Shown here in pieces: positions 47,690 to 58,869 of a stretch of DNA of 64,000 nucleotides. The stretch covers positions 2,437,331 to 2,501,330 of the forward strand of contig CAJINV010000011.1 in NCBI GenBank assembly GCA_905178155.1. The letters are read 5' to 3'. This stretch comes from Amoebophrya sp. A120. Its lineage: Eukaryota; Protista; Dinoflagellata. A program made the translations under genes and the position numbers. Position 1 is the stretch's first letter; each line of letters starts with the position of its first letter. The notes below the pieces were generated by a model that had not been told where the DNA came from, did no database searches, and worked only from the letters and a program-made list of their open reading frames with translations.

Positions 47690-50191
47690 ATGCCGTCTTT
47701 CGATTCTCTTCCCGCCGAAGTTGCGGGTCGAATCTTTGACGGCCTAGATTTGAAGTCGATTGAGGCGCTGCGAAAAACCAGCCGCCAGGGCCGAGATGTC
47801 GTGAACGTTGTGGCGGCGGACCCGCAAACCAGCGTGACCCACAGCCACCTGTTCTTGCTCCATCTCGTGGGCGGGTTCGGAAAAGATTTCTTTCTCGACT
47901 TCTTGGATTGCCGCTCGTTGGCGCGGCTGCAAAGCGTGTCCGCGGTCGTCCGGGGACCAGTGCTTGATTACGTGCTGACCTACCCGGTAAGGCCATGGAA
48001 GAACTTGGCACTTCCCGCCGCAGTGCCGGTAGAAAAACCGGGCTCGGCGCGGTTCGAGCATTATCGCGAGGACCGGAGCTCCGCACACGGACGCACGCAC
48101 GCGGTCATGGCGTATTTCGGGCAGAAGCAAACCTCCGGGGAATGGCGCGGATTTTGTGGGGGCTGCACCTACCTGCATCTCGACGTTGGTGGCAGCGCGG
48201 TATGCTTAAACTTCTTCGCGCGATATGGGCTTTCCTGCTTCGACGGGCCGATCTATGAAAGCCGGATGCATATGCTGGCCTGGCTATGGATGTGCCGGGA
48301 GCGACAAGGAGACCTAGCCTTCGACGAAGACGACCCAGAAATCGCGCCGGAAGGTCGTCCGCGGGTTCGCACGCACGTAGGTGCCGGCCATTGGCGCACA
48401 CTACAGGCGCTCGTCGATGATCCGATGGTCTTTGGGCACGCCATGCGGTGGAGCAGATGCAGAGAGATGTCGACTTTTTTCGTGGTGCTTTTTTACTACG
48501 CGGCCCTATTGAAAATAGAGAAACCACCAGCCGGAGAGCAAGACAGCGCAGCTACAACAGCCCCGCCCCGATCGGATTTGCACTTGAGTGCCGCAGACCG
48601 CCTCGCAATACAGGCTGCCTGGAAGCGATCCGCGTTTGGGATTCTGTTGCTGTTACTCTGCTACGCCCGCTACCGCTTCCGCATTCAAGGAGGGAACCAC
48701 GGCCAAGGTGGTGTGACGCTCGACAAAACCATCTCAGCTGACGTCACTACATTTCTGTCGTCGGCGCTGGACAACGTCCAGACCTTCGTCGATCAGTCCC
48801 GACTCTGGAGCAAAGAGCTGCGGAGAGCGGTATCTTTTTCTCTGCTCGTGGTGTGTTTGTGTTTGTGATTCATGTTTCAGAGCGCATACTTGCATTTGGG
48901 AACTCAAGATCTTAAAAAAGTATCTTCTCCTTCACCAGTACAAAAAATAAAAATTAGCACTATATTATACAATTCTTCGCGGGGAGAGCATCATGGAAGG
49001 CGAAGGCACGGTTACTCATCATGACAGGTAATCGACTATTGGCTGCGGTGTGAGATGGAGATTACAAGCCAGGGCGGATCTGGAATCTTCGAGGTTCTGC
49101 GACAGGAGACGCAGTTCCACAGACATCTCCCTTTGGTGGCGCATTTGCTGTGGAACGAATCCGTCCGGTACTGGCTCCGGTGGAGTCGCACGCGGGAAGC
49201 GGAAACCGATTACCAAGACCGGGAGGGCGTTTCGCACTGCTTCCAAATACCGCTACTCGTCGACCCGACAACGGCGTCACTCGCGGCAAAGTTTTCGCGT
49301 GGCGAGGATCGGGACCGTGACGATAGCACTACAGGCGTGTGCGAAATCACAACGCGGATCGCGCTGAGTTCCGTCGAGATTAAAAACTGCGCCGCCCTTG
49401 CGCCGGACTACGTCGCGTGGTTTAAAGCCAGAACGGCGCACCCGGAGAACGACTGGGCGCCCCACAGTGGTGGGCAGTTTACCGACCACCTTCTGGAGGC
49501 GCTGGAGTGCCCGGACTACGCACATGCGTGGAGTGCGCATGATATTTCCGACTACGCCAGATCCGTACACCGCCGCAGACAGGGCGAGCAGTGTTCTGCA
49601 GAGCGGCTTGGCTGTTTTTCCGAGTCCCCGTTGTACAAGGACAGTGCTGAGGTGCGGGACGCTTTCTGGATTATGGTTGAGTCACACGGGAGGGATTTTT
49701 CAGAAGTCTTTACTGTGCAGAACGGAAATCACACAACTTTCGGCCTGCTGTGCATGTTGCATGTGCTTGCGAAGCTTGGCGGTGACAACCACCGGACGCG
49801 AGAAATGCCCGCCAAGATTTGCGGGTATATTTTTTCGGGGAACCACGAGACGCCTGGTTGGTTGCGACGGTTCGCAGACGCGGGGCACGACGAGGACGAA
49901 AACACAGAAGATTTCTTAATAACGACAACTTTGCTCTCGGGAAAGGGTATACTAGATCATATTCTGGGACCGAACGACCGTGACCACGAGGAGATGCTTA
50001 TCGGCCCTAACTTCCCGCCCAACACCATGGAAATTCCCCGGAGCACCTACAAGGCCGTCGCGCGGCTCATCCTCGCAGACAACCCGTGGCTCCTGTCCTG
50101 CAAGCCGGACGACTGGGACCTCACACAGATCGGTCAGGAGTCGATAAGCGACGCCGAGAGCGACGACGAGTTCGGGCTGGCGCAGCGATGA
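47690..50191 (+). CDS. F-box-like protein, paralog 2 (exons 47690-48829, 49028-50191)
   Basis: FDSLPAEVAGRIFDGLDLKSIEALRKTSR; LDFLDCRSLARLQSVS; shares FFVVLFxYxALLK, DRLAIQ, ICGYxF, LAxNPWLL with paralog 1. Confidence 0.78.
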
Positions 50192-50687
50192 ATAAGATGA
50201 GCAAACGAGATTGATGATATCTTGAAACTGAAATAACACACGACGATCCCGAGCTGCTTCCGCTGTAGAATACTGCTGGTTTACGCACTATGTTTGCTCC
50301 TTGCTTCGAGACGCGTGGTTGTGTTGTTTTCATCCTTTGTAGAAAACTTAAACTGTGGCGCCGATGACAACTGATGTAGCAATGTTGGAGCAGCAAGAAC
50401 GTCGAGATAAACCGCACTCGCCATCAGCATCATCGTCACTCGTGTTCGCAAAACCTTCTGGAAGTTGCTCCTCCTGGATTTCTTTTCAGGCAGACGGCAT
50501 TAGAAACAGACGTGCTAGTGAGCGGCGAGAGCGAGCATGAGTGACAAGACGAAAGCCTTGTAGAAATAAACTTCAGGCAGTAGAAAAAAGCCAAACGAAT
50601 CCAAAGATGTAGCTGGAGCTAGCTCTCCTGCAGCTGCTTCTCACTTACGTGCGTCTTTCCCTTTCCCTCCCGGCGTACCATCCAACC

Positions 50688-52301
50688 ATGATCGCCGGCG
50701 TCCTCGCGTTCGACCGCAGTAGCGGATTTTTACGTTTCCACAAGAAGTTTTCCCCGAACTTCGGGCTCCAAGGCGGCACTCCACTGGACCCGGTGCAACT
50801 GTGCCTGCAGCTGTTTGTCTTCCAGACCTACGCGGAGGCGGCGTTGTCGCACTTCGGGATGGTCACAATGCGGGTGGTGGCCGCCTCGAACCTGTGCCTC
50901 TGTGTGCTAGGTCCCGTGGCTGCGGCGCGCGAACGCGTCGTGGAATACTTGCTGGGTACTACGGATAGTTGTGGTGAACAAGACGCAAAGGACGACACGT
51001 TTTCCTCTACGCAGATGAATGCTGCTGGTACGGAAGGAACGAGTCTTCACTTTGCCAGCAAACCACCCACCTCCGCAGCTGTACGGGAAGTCGATTTGAG
51101 TGCGGTCTCGAAGCCTGCTTCTAATGTTGAAATCGTGCCACTTTGTTCATCTACAACACCTGCGACCTCCTCCGCAGTAGCTGCCCGTCCACCCGTGGAA
51201 CTGTCGACTGCAGCCGGGCGGAAAAAATTTGCCCTGCAGGTCAAGACCGCGGTTTTGCGTGTCACATTAGAATCGCTCTTTCGCGCCGAATGTCGCCGGT
51301 GCCCGGACGCAAAGTGGCTTGCGTTTGTGTTTTTCCAACCGGGAACATCAAAGGGGGAGAACGCAGGATTAACATTGTCCTCCGACGAACCCGGGACTCC
51401 GGCTGTTCCTTTCCACCCTGCCACACCGATGACGCAAGATTCCAATTCGAGTACAACTTTCGCGCGAACAAAGTCCGAGCCGGCTGGTGCGGCTGCTACA
51501 AGACCTGCTGCTACAGAGCAACAAAGACCCGGCAGCATTGAGCTCCTTTCCGCAGTGCTCCCAGAGGAGCCGGTTTCCGGCCGCAGCAAAATCACGACCA
51601 ACAGCGCAAACAGGACGCGGTCGCGAGGGTGGTGTGTGCCGTGCTTGAATCGGACCCGGTCGAGTTCGAACCCGAAAACACGGAACCTTGCCCGTAGCCG
51701 TGCGGGTACGGACATCGGACTGCTCGCAGTGACGGCGAACAACGCAGTGACGCGAGCGAATGTTGAAGGCGAAAGTGGACCAGCGACGTCTCAACAAGCC
51801 GTCAGTGGACAACATCAAAACGAGGAGCTGCCCTACCCGCAGAGCACCGCGACGCCAGTCATATCCACCACTCTTGGTGCTGCTCAGCCCCAGAACATGA
51901 CAGTGTTCTTGCTTCACCAGAGCACAACTCCAGAGGAGAACAAACCCGAAGCATCGCAAACAGACCAGATGAAGCTTGTTGCCTCAAATCCGCGGGGCCT
52001 CGTCCCCGACCACGCTTTGGAAAAAATCAAAGAACTGTGTGTTGCTGATGCCGGCGGCGCGAATAAACTGTTAAAGGACAAACAATCGCTAGCTTGGGCG
52101 GCTCCAACGGGACCTCGGTGTAGCTCGGAAGAAGCAGAGAAGCGGGAGACGGACTCGCTGGAGCGCGGTCTATACCGCACAACGTCGTCCGCGGCGCCCG
52201 GGATCATGTTGCTGTCTTCGCATTTTGTGGATTTTTCCTTCGAAAATTTTGTGGACCTGCATCAGTGCTGGTGCAACACATTGTCGAGCGGAAAGGGATA
52301 G
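50688..52301 (+). CDS. Protein of unknown function; N-terminus weakly longin-like
   Basis: Long ORF; MIAGVLAFDRSSGFLRFHKKF resembles longin-domain starts by eye only. Confidence 0.6.
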   Translation: MIAGVLAFDRSSGFLRFHKKFSPNFGLQGGTPLDPVQLCLQLFVFQTYAEAALSHFGMVTMRVVAASNLCLCVLGPVAAARERVVEYLLGTTDSCGEQDAKDDTFSSTQMNAAGTEGTSLHFASKPPTSAAVREVDLSAVSKPASNVEIVPLCSSTTPATSSAVAARPPVELSTAAGRKKFALQVKTAVLRVTLESLFRAECRRCPDAKWLAFVFFQPGTSKGENAGLTLSSDEPGTPAVPFHPATPMTQDSNSSTTFARTKSEPAGAAATRPAATEQQRPGSIELLSAVLPEEPVSGRSKITTNSANRTRSRGWCVPCLNRTRSSSNPKTRNLARSRAGTDIGLLAVTANNAVTRANVEGESGPATSQQAVSGQHQNEELPYPQSTATPVISTTLGAAQPQNMTVFLLHQSTTPEENKPEASQTDQMKLVASNPRGLVPDHALEKIKELCVADAGGANKLLKDKQSLAWAAPTGPRCSSEEAEKRETDSLERGLYRTTSSAAPGIMLLSSHFVDFSFENFVDLHQCWCNTLSSGKG

Positions 52302-52917
52302 AAGTCATGTTGGCATCAAACAGATTCACTACTTGCTGTCCTTGATACATCGTACACCATACTTTATTTATTGCATCGCCGTGAAACAAAAGTTGAGCTT
52401 GAGTACGACAGGCGGATCAGGTATAGGAAGAGGTACAAGTACAAGAGGCGCGCCGCAGTCGTGTTGGTATCCATCGTAGTCCAAAAAGGTCCAGCTTGTG
52501 TTCCAATCGCATCAGTAGATTCTTTACGCTACTGGATTCCATTGATTCGCATTCGCTTCGGAATTTCGCAGAGAAAGAGCGTGAAGGAAAGCAGCATCCA
52601 TCGTGGATGATCGAGAGAGAACAAGTTCTGTGCACATGGAGGAAAGGAGACTTGCGTCGCGTCGCTGACCTTTGGTTATTGATTTCTCATGTCCGTCGAC
52701 ATTGAGATGAACGCTGGCGCTCGGTCTTGGCTTTTTTGCGTATAATTCGTTTCTACTGCTACACTCCTTCGATAGTAGCCTCGCTAGGACGCTAATCTGG
52801 AACGTGCGTTGCTGGCTTCTCATCAACGTTGCTTTCGTACATCTTAGCGCCTCCAGGAACGTGAGCATTGCGTTTCACTGTTGTCCGTCTTCGTCACAGG
52901 ACGAAAAACTACGAAAA

Positions 52918-55800
52918 ATGCTCCTTCTCCCCCCACCGCTCAACTGGCGGACCTCGCCACTCGAGCCGCCGGAGCATCAACACGAACAGCACCAGCGCGA
53001 AACCCTGCAACCAGCAGCCAACGAGAACTCCTGTTCGCTGAATTTAGACGTTATGGAGGCGGAAGTGGAGGAATATGAGGAGAAATTGACCAGCAGCTAC
53101 TGCAGCACGCCCGCGAACGCGTTCCGGCGGAACAAAGTGGATCTGGAGCAGGTGAATGCGTTTCTCCTCGAGGAAAACCAGCGACTGCGGGAACAGCTGG
53201 GAGTAGACCGCGACGGCAAGAATCACGGGTGGAGGTCGAGTGCAGCCTCCTTTGCCAGCGACGTAGTTCATCCTACAGCTACCAGAAGCTGCGCTCGGAG
53301 TTTTAGCCGGTCCAGTTACAACTCGCCACCGTTCTTTTTCGAACGAGAAGAGGAACTAGGGTCTGCGCATGATACGTGCGGTTTACAAGAGCGAATGGAG
53401 AAAAGCAATAGTCGCCTTGTTGCTCCTGTGCCGCCGTCGTATTCTTGCACCGGAGACGGAGACGCCGGTAGTTCTTCCACTTCTGATTACAGCCAAAGCC
53501 AAACTTGGAGCGACTTTGAGGGTTTCGTGGTGTCGATTGGCGGCAGAACGGGGAGGAAACAAGGCTCGGCCGCGGAGGGACTCGGGAAAAACCCGAAAAA
53601 ACCACGACTGCAGCGCAAATTTGTACCGAGTAGTAGAGCTGCATCTCCGAACAAGCGGGAGTCATCAGAAAAGAAAGCGCTTTTTCCAGTGCCGAGTAGT
53701 AGACAGCAGGTCGTGGCTCGGGCTCGGGGAAGCCGGGGAAATTATAAACCGACTGCTGCTCCGTCTCCAGCCGTGCACACGACTTCTGAACCAGAACGGG
53801 CAGGCAGGGAAGCGAAAATCCGTGTGAGGAGCAACAAACCGGCACTGATCTTCCGATATGGGGAAAACAGTACGACGACGAAGAAGGTGCTTGATTCTGT
53901 CTCGGCGTCCCGCAGAAGGGCCAGAAATGACAGCTTCGCACAAGATGAAAGCTCTGTAGCAGCTTCGACGCCTGTGGGGGAAGATCCATTTGTGGTTAGA
54001 CGACGCCTGGATTTCGGACGCAAAACAGGGGGATTGCCGGCTGAAGATCACGGCGGGGTCATATTGATGGACGAGGGATCATTTGCGAACAGAAGCAGCT
54101 CAAGCTCAACATCGTCACCGGCTTCATCTCCTAAGGAAATTTCCTCACCCGATGAGATGTTTGCCATGTCGCCACGATCCAACTTTTCGCACGACAACAT
54201 AAGCGGAGGAGACCCAGACCGACAGCTCGTCGTGATCCAGAAAACCGTCCTAGCACCAGAAGTCAGCACGTCTACGGGCATCGAAATCCGAAGAAAAGCA
54301 AAAGGCAAGGGGAGGACTGCTAGGGAGCAAACAAACAGCTGGACCGACATCGTGCCCGTAAGTCACTCGGTTGCAAACTCTCGTGCGGCGACGGTGGTAG
54401 ATTCGCCGCAGGTGGAAGCAAAAAGTAGTGTAGTACCAACACCAACCCTTCCGGTCTCCGCTTCCCCAGGACCAAGACCTGAAATCGAGGCGACATCAGA
54501 AGAGCACCGCCCATTCCCCAGTTGCAGTCCGTTTCAGGGGCCGGGAGTGACAGGACGAGCCGCGACACCAACGATGGAAAGACCGGCCTTATCTACAACA
54601 AGCGCAAACAGAAGCTTCGTCGTGCACAACAGTGACTATTGGATCAAGCCTGCACCACGACCCTCACCCGGAACCACGGACAAGCTTTCCGCATCCAACA
54701 GAATTGACGACGACGACTTTCGCAGGGCGTTTGAGCGGGCACAGAATCGACACCAAATTGGTGTTGTGGCCGCGTCGCAATCACAAGCTAGTTCGGCTGC
54801 GAGGACGCGCGAAGAGCTGGCGCACGCTTCAAAGCTCATTATTTTGAAGAAACAGAAGGAGCGCGAGAGCGATTTGGTGCAGCGGAAAGAAGGAGATGTT
54901 GGTCCCAGCCAAGGGCTGGCCAGACCCAGCTTGTCTTCTTCGACCGACGGCGAAATAGCTGAAGTAGCGGCTACAACCCAGCCGAATCAACTTCCGGTCC
55001 CGAGCCCGCTGCCGATTAGGAGCGCCCCTCCAACGTCTGCGCAACTAACGACCACACAGCGAAAAGTCAACCTGCACCAAATGATGACTACTCGACCACT
55101 CACCAGAGGATTAGCCGCGCACAGTACGAGCGTACTTTCTGGCGCGGGCAAAATGAGAGCAGCGGAACTAGAACTAGAAACGGGTGGAAATTCACTTTCA
55201 CACACACCTTCCGCAGAACAGCCCTCTGTTGCCGACAACAAGCACGTGGACAAAATGAATGCAGTCGCACCACCCGGTTTAGATTATCTCCTTCCACGGC
55301 ACGATGTCGGAGCTGGAACACAGGCTGCACAATATTCTGCTGCACAAAACGAGAAAACCGCACCTGCCACTTCGCACGGCGCCGCCCTCATGAAGAATAT
55401 CTCAGCTCTTGTCGAAGATTTAGAGTACAAGAGCGCCAGCTCTCGGGTGAAAAATTTCGGGGCGAGCAACATCCGACAGCCGATGTTGCCGGACGAGGAA
55501 GGCCGGATTGCTGCGTCCGTTCCGGCGTTGGTTGGACCGTCTTCGGTTTGTTCGGGAAGTAGTGGTGCTTTTTTTGCCGGATCCGGTTCCGGTTTAGGAT
55601 CATCGTCTAGTTTATCTGGATCGTTTCCTTCCTCCGGTATGCCACCAAACAACAGTTTTGAGCCGCGGGATGCCCGGTCGGACGCGCTGCCCGGGCCGAA
55701 AAGTTCATATCTGCGGCAGTACCAGCAAAAAAGTGCGCCCTTAGCGGAGCCAAAACCAGCGGCGTCCCCGGGGCGGAAGATTCCAATGCGGAGTGAGTAG
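52918..55800 (+). CDS. Long Ser/Pro/Arg-rich disordered protein with a short coiled coil
   Basis: About 960-codon open frame; LEQVNAFLLEENQRLREQL heptads. Confidence 0.7.
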   Translation: MLLLPPPLNWRTSPLEPPEHQHEQHQRETLQPAANENSCSLNLDVMEAEVEEYEEKLTSSYCSTPANAFRRNKVDLEQVNAFLLEENQRLREQLGVDRDGKNHGWRSSAASFASDVVHPTATRSCARSFSRSSYNSPPFFFEREEELGSAHDTCGLQERMEKSNSRLVAPVPPSYSCTGDGDAGSSSTSDYSQSQTWSDFEGFVVSIGGRTGRKQGSAAEGLGKNPKKPRLQRKFVPSSRAASPNKRESSEKKALFPVPSSRQQVVARARGSRGNYKPTAAPSPAVHTTSEPERAGREAKIRVRSNKPALIFRYGENSTTTKKVLDSVSASRRRARNDSFAQDESSVAASTPVGEDPFVVRRRLDFGRKTGGLPAEDHGGVILMDEGSFANRSSSSSTSSPASSPKEISSPDEMFAMSPRSNFSHDNISGGDPDRQLVVIQKTVLAPEVSTSTGIEIRRKAKGKGRTAREQTNSWTDIVPVSHSVANSRAATVVDSPQVEAKSSVVPTPTLPVSASPGPRPEIEATSEEHRPFPSCSPFQGPGVTGRAATPTMERPALSTTSANRSFVVHNSDYWIKPAPRPSPGTTDKLSASNRIDDDDFRRAFERAQNRHQIGVVAASQSQASSAARTREELAHASKLIILKKQKERESDLVQRKEGDVGPSQGLARPSLSSSTDGEIAEVAATTQPNQLPVPSPLPIRSAPPTSAQLTTTQRKVNLHQMMTTRPLTRGLAAHSTSVLSGAGKMRAAELELETGGNSLSHTPSAEQPSVADNKHVDKMNAVAPPGLDYLLPRHDVGAGTQAAQYSAAQNEKTAPATSHGAALMKNISALVEDLEYKSASSRVKNFGASNIRQPMLPDEEGRIAASVPALVGPSSVCSGSSGAFFAGSGSGLGSSSSLSGSFPSSGMPPNNSFEPRDARSDALPGPKSSYLRQYQQKSAPLAEPKPAASPGRKIPMRSE

Positions 55801-56726
55801 TGCTGCGCATCGACGTCGTGCTTCATCTCGTGTTTCCGGGATGCGAATTGGCGATGTCGTCGAGTAACCACCCTAAATCTAAATGTACACACATTGATAT
55901 CGATCTCTTCACTCATGTTTCGGTTTTGTCATGTTCTGTTTCAAATTCAAACATCATGCACTGCGAATTCCATCGCTTTTGCAAAAACGATGACGTAACT
56001 ACTGCTCTCTTGTATGCCTCTTTTTCTTCTCTCACCTCAGTGAGACTGTAATCTAAATCTTGAGTAAGGGACGCCACGCGAAAGCAGATGAATGTAAAAA
56101 ATTTGCACGTCGAGAAAGTGAAGATGTAGCAGAAGAGTGATTTTTAAATGCTCTGCAGCCGCGCTGCGGCATTTGCAGCCACGCTACCAAGAGTCCTATT
56201 GATTTGAAAACTTGATGGATCAACAGCTGTTGTATCTGATGACCTCACAAATACTGTGCCTGTGATCCCTGGTGGTCTTTGCTATTCTAAATTGCGATCT
56301 GAGTTGTAGTTTAGAATTCGCAATTCTCAGAAGATCCAAGGAAGCGACGTTGTTGTGAGGCACAGGTGGGTTGAACATATGCAAAAGTTCCTCGAGGATG
56401 ATCATGAACTTAAATCTGGATCAAAATCGGTCAGTAGCCTGCGAGAAACGTGCGTTCATAAATTTGGCTCGTGTGAATGAAATGGATGCCGATGTAGGGC
56501 CAAGAGTTCTAAATCAGATCCAAGTGAAGTTCCGACACGAAAAATTTGGCCCAAAAGCGAACATGATCCACCTTATTTTATTATTTCACGCAACATTTAT
56601 GTCTGAATCTCTCTCCGGTTCTCATCAACGCCACATTTTCCAAAACTCTACTCTCAGGGAAACGAGTATTTAACTTCATTGCGAAGTAGTACAACACCTC
56701 ACAGAAACCTCTCGAAACAACACAAG

Positions 56727-58277
56727 ATGGCTATCGCTAAGAACAAGGGTCTCGCCAAGGCCGGCAAGAAGGGCAACAAGAAGAAGCAGGCCGATCCCTT
56801 CCTGAAAATATCAACTGTAAAAATGTCTGGGTCTGGAAGAATCCAACTTGTCATGCTGATTTTAGATTCTAAAAAAATCTGTATTGCATGAGCAGCAAAT
56901 AGAGTCCAAGTCTTGCTACACGGAAAGAGCATTTGTCATGCGGTATAGGCATCAGGAAGCTCTCACAAAGTCTGTGATGCTAGGGCATGCATCACAGACA
57001 TCAGGAGTTATGCAAAATGTGCATGACAAGCCTGGCAATCTTCCAGACCCAGACATTTTTACATTTGATAGAAAAAGGTCTGGTACAACATCAAGGCTCC
57101 GACCTACTTCAACTCCAAGGCCAACAAGGTCGGCCGTACGTGTGTCACGAAGACTCAGGGTACGAAGATTGAGACCGAGGGCTTGAAGGGCCGCGTGTGC
57201 GAGTTCAACATGGCCGATGTCCAGGACGGGTCCGAGGACGGGCACAAGAAGATCAAGCTGGAGGTCCAGGAGATCCAGGGCAAGAACTGCCTCACCGACT
57301 TCCACGGTCTCAGCCTGACCAGGGATAAGATGTGCCAGATGATCAAGAAGAAGCACTCTTTGATCGAGGCCGTTGCCGACTGCAAGACTCAGGATGGTAA
57401 AAGACTTTATATTTAGATTTGTGAGTAGGGCTGCATTTTCAACGGGCAGAAATTTAGATGCGCATGGTGCGCTATTGCGGAGTGAGTGCGTCGTTTCTAC
57501 TCATTTTAGTAGTCGGTGTCATCGTCATGCGTCTTCGGACACAGAGCGAACCTATATGAAAGTGGCTTTGAATAATATTGACCCGTCTTCAAAAAAAATG
57601 AAATTTGGTATCAAACCCTAAACCACAGGCTACGTCGTTCGCATCTTCGTGATTGCCTTCACCAAGGATGTCAAGGAGCACCAGGTTAAGGTTTTCACCT
57701 ACGCCCAGTCCGCGCAGATCAAGAACATCCGTAAGAAGATGGTCCAGACCGTGCAGCAGATCGTTGCCCAGGGACAGCTCAAGGACCTGGTATACTGATT
57801 TTTGAATTCACTTTTTTATCTTCCTTCTTTTTCGGCTTTTGGGGTTTTAGGATTTAGAAGTGCACCTTATCTTGCGGTCATGTTAGAGAGACTTCTTCTG
57901 CATCTGAGCGAGCTTTGCATTTCATGTACGGAGCGACTTCTGCGAGCGACGTTTCGAGCCATAAGTTTTCCATGATGAATGACTGTGCGACGAGGGATGT
58001 GTCGTGACAAAATTTTCTATCGAAGTCACCCTTTCAAATTTCCAAAAAACAGGTCAAGTACCTCGTGATCGACAAGATTGAGGGTGACATCAAGACCGCC
58101 ACCAACCGCATCTATCCCCTGGACCCGGTGCACATCCAGAAGGTGAAGATCGTCAAGAAGCCGAAGTTGGACATCGTCAAGCTGATGGAGATCCACGACT
58201 CCAACGATGCTGGTGACGAGGGTGTCGCCGTCGACGCCACCGAGCCGGAAGAGGCCAAGAACTTGCTGGCCGCCTAA
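56727..58277 (+). CDS. RPS3A: 40S ribosomal protein eS1 (S3a) (exons 56727-56808, 57076-57396, 57629-57789, 58053-58277)
   Basis: MAIAKNKGLAKAGKKG, DPFLKKVWYNIKAP, LKGRVCE, NCLTDFHG, YAQSAQIKNIRKKM, IYPL..KVKIVKKPK; strong codon bias. Confidence 0.97.
56809..57070 (+). mobile_element. Introner family A (A2) in RPS3A
   Basis: TIR tatcaactgtaaaaatgtctggg / cccagacatttttacatttgata; DR gaaaa; gives DPFLK|KVWY. Confidence 0.94.
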
Positions 58278-58869
58278 GTTATCCTGGAGCAGTTACGTTT
58301 TACCTGTAAAACAACTCTCACTGCAATTTAGGATACTTCTTGATGCGATCGTGCTGTTGTTGTGTCTGTATTGGAAGAGGAGAACAAGTCTTTTTTTGGA
58401 GGCCAACAAGAGACGAAATCTTGTCTGCACTTTTTAAACCGCGGAACTTGCTTTTGGAAAGCGAACAGAAGAGGTTGTTGTAAAAATGTGGGGCTATGTA
58501 AACTACTTCGATTTTGAAGAAGAGCTGGTGACGTCCACGTTCTGCCCTTGAGTAGAGGCTGGTGATTGATGTCCCGATATGTGGATGTTCAGGAAGGTTC
58601 TTTCTCTTTGGTGCATAATTTCCTGGTACAAACTAAAGCGCTTTTCGGTTTTGGTATTCTTCGCGCAGCTTGCGCCTGCTTCGGCATGATGGAATATCGG
58701 TCTGCCGGAAAATCTAAATCATGGTGCCGAAATACAAATAAGTTTGTCTAGCTTCTTAGTGCGTTAATTTCTCTGAGTCACACGACGCCGCCGGAACTCA
58801 CTTTTATTCTCGGTCATTTCGTGCTCACGCTCAGTTTCTAGGAGCGTTTCTGTGGTGCAGGTTTTTACC

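Noticed and set aside
137-57070. Recurrent short ORF motifs (LPDPDIFAFD, MQKCLGLEE, FQTQT) as a protein family or CRISPR repeats
   Set aside because: They are translations of introner TIRs; the copies are dispersed, with no repeat-spacer array or cas genes.
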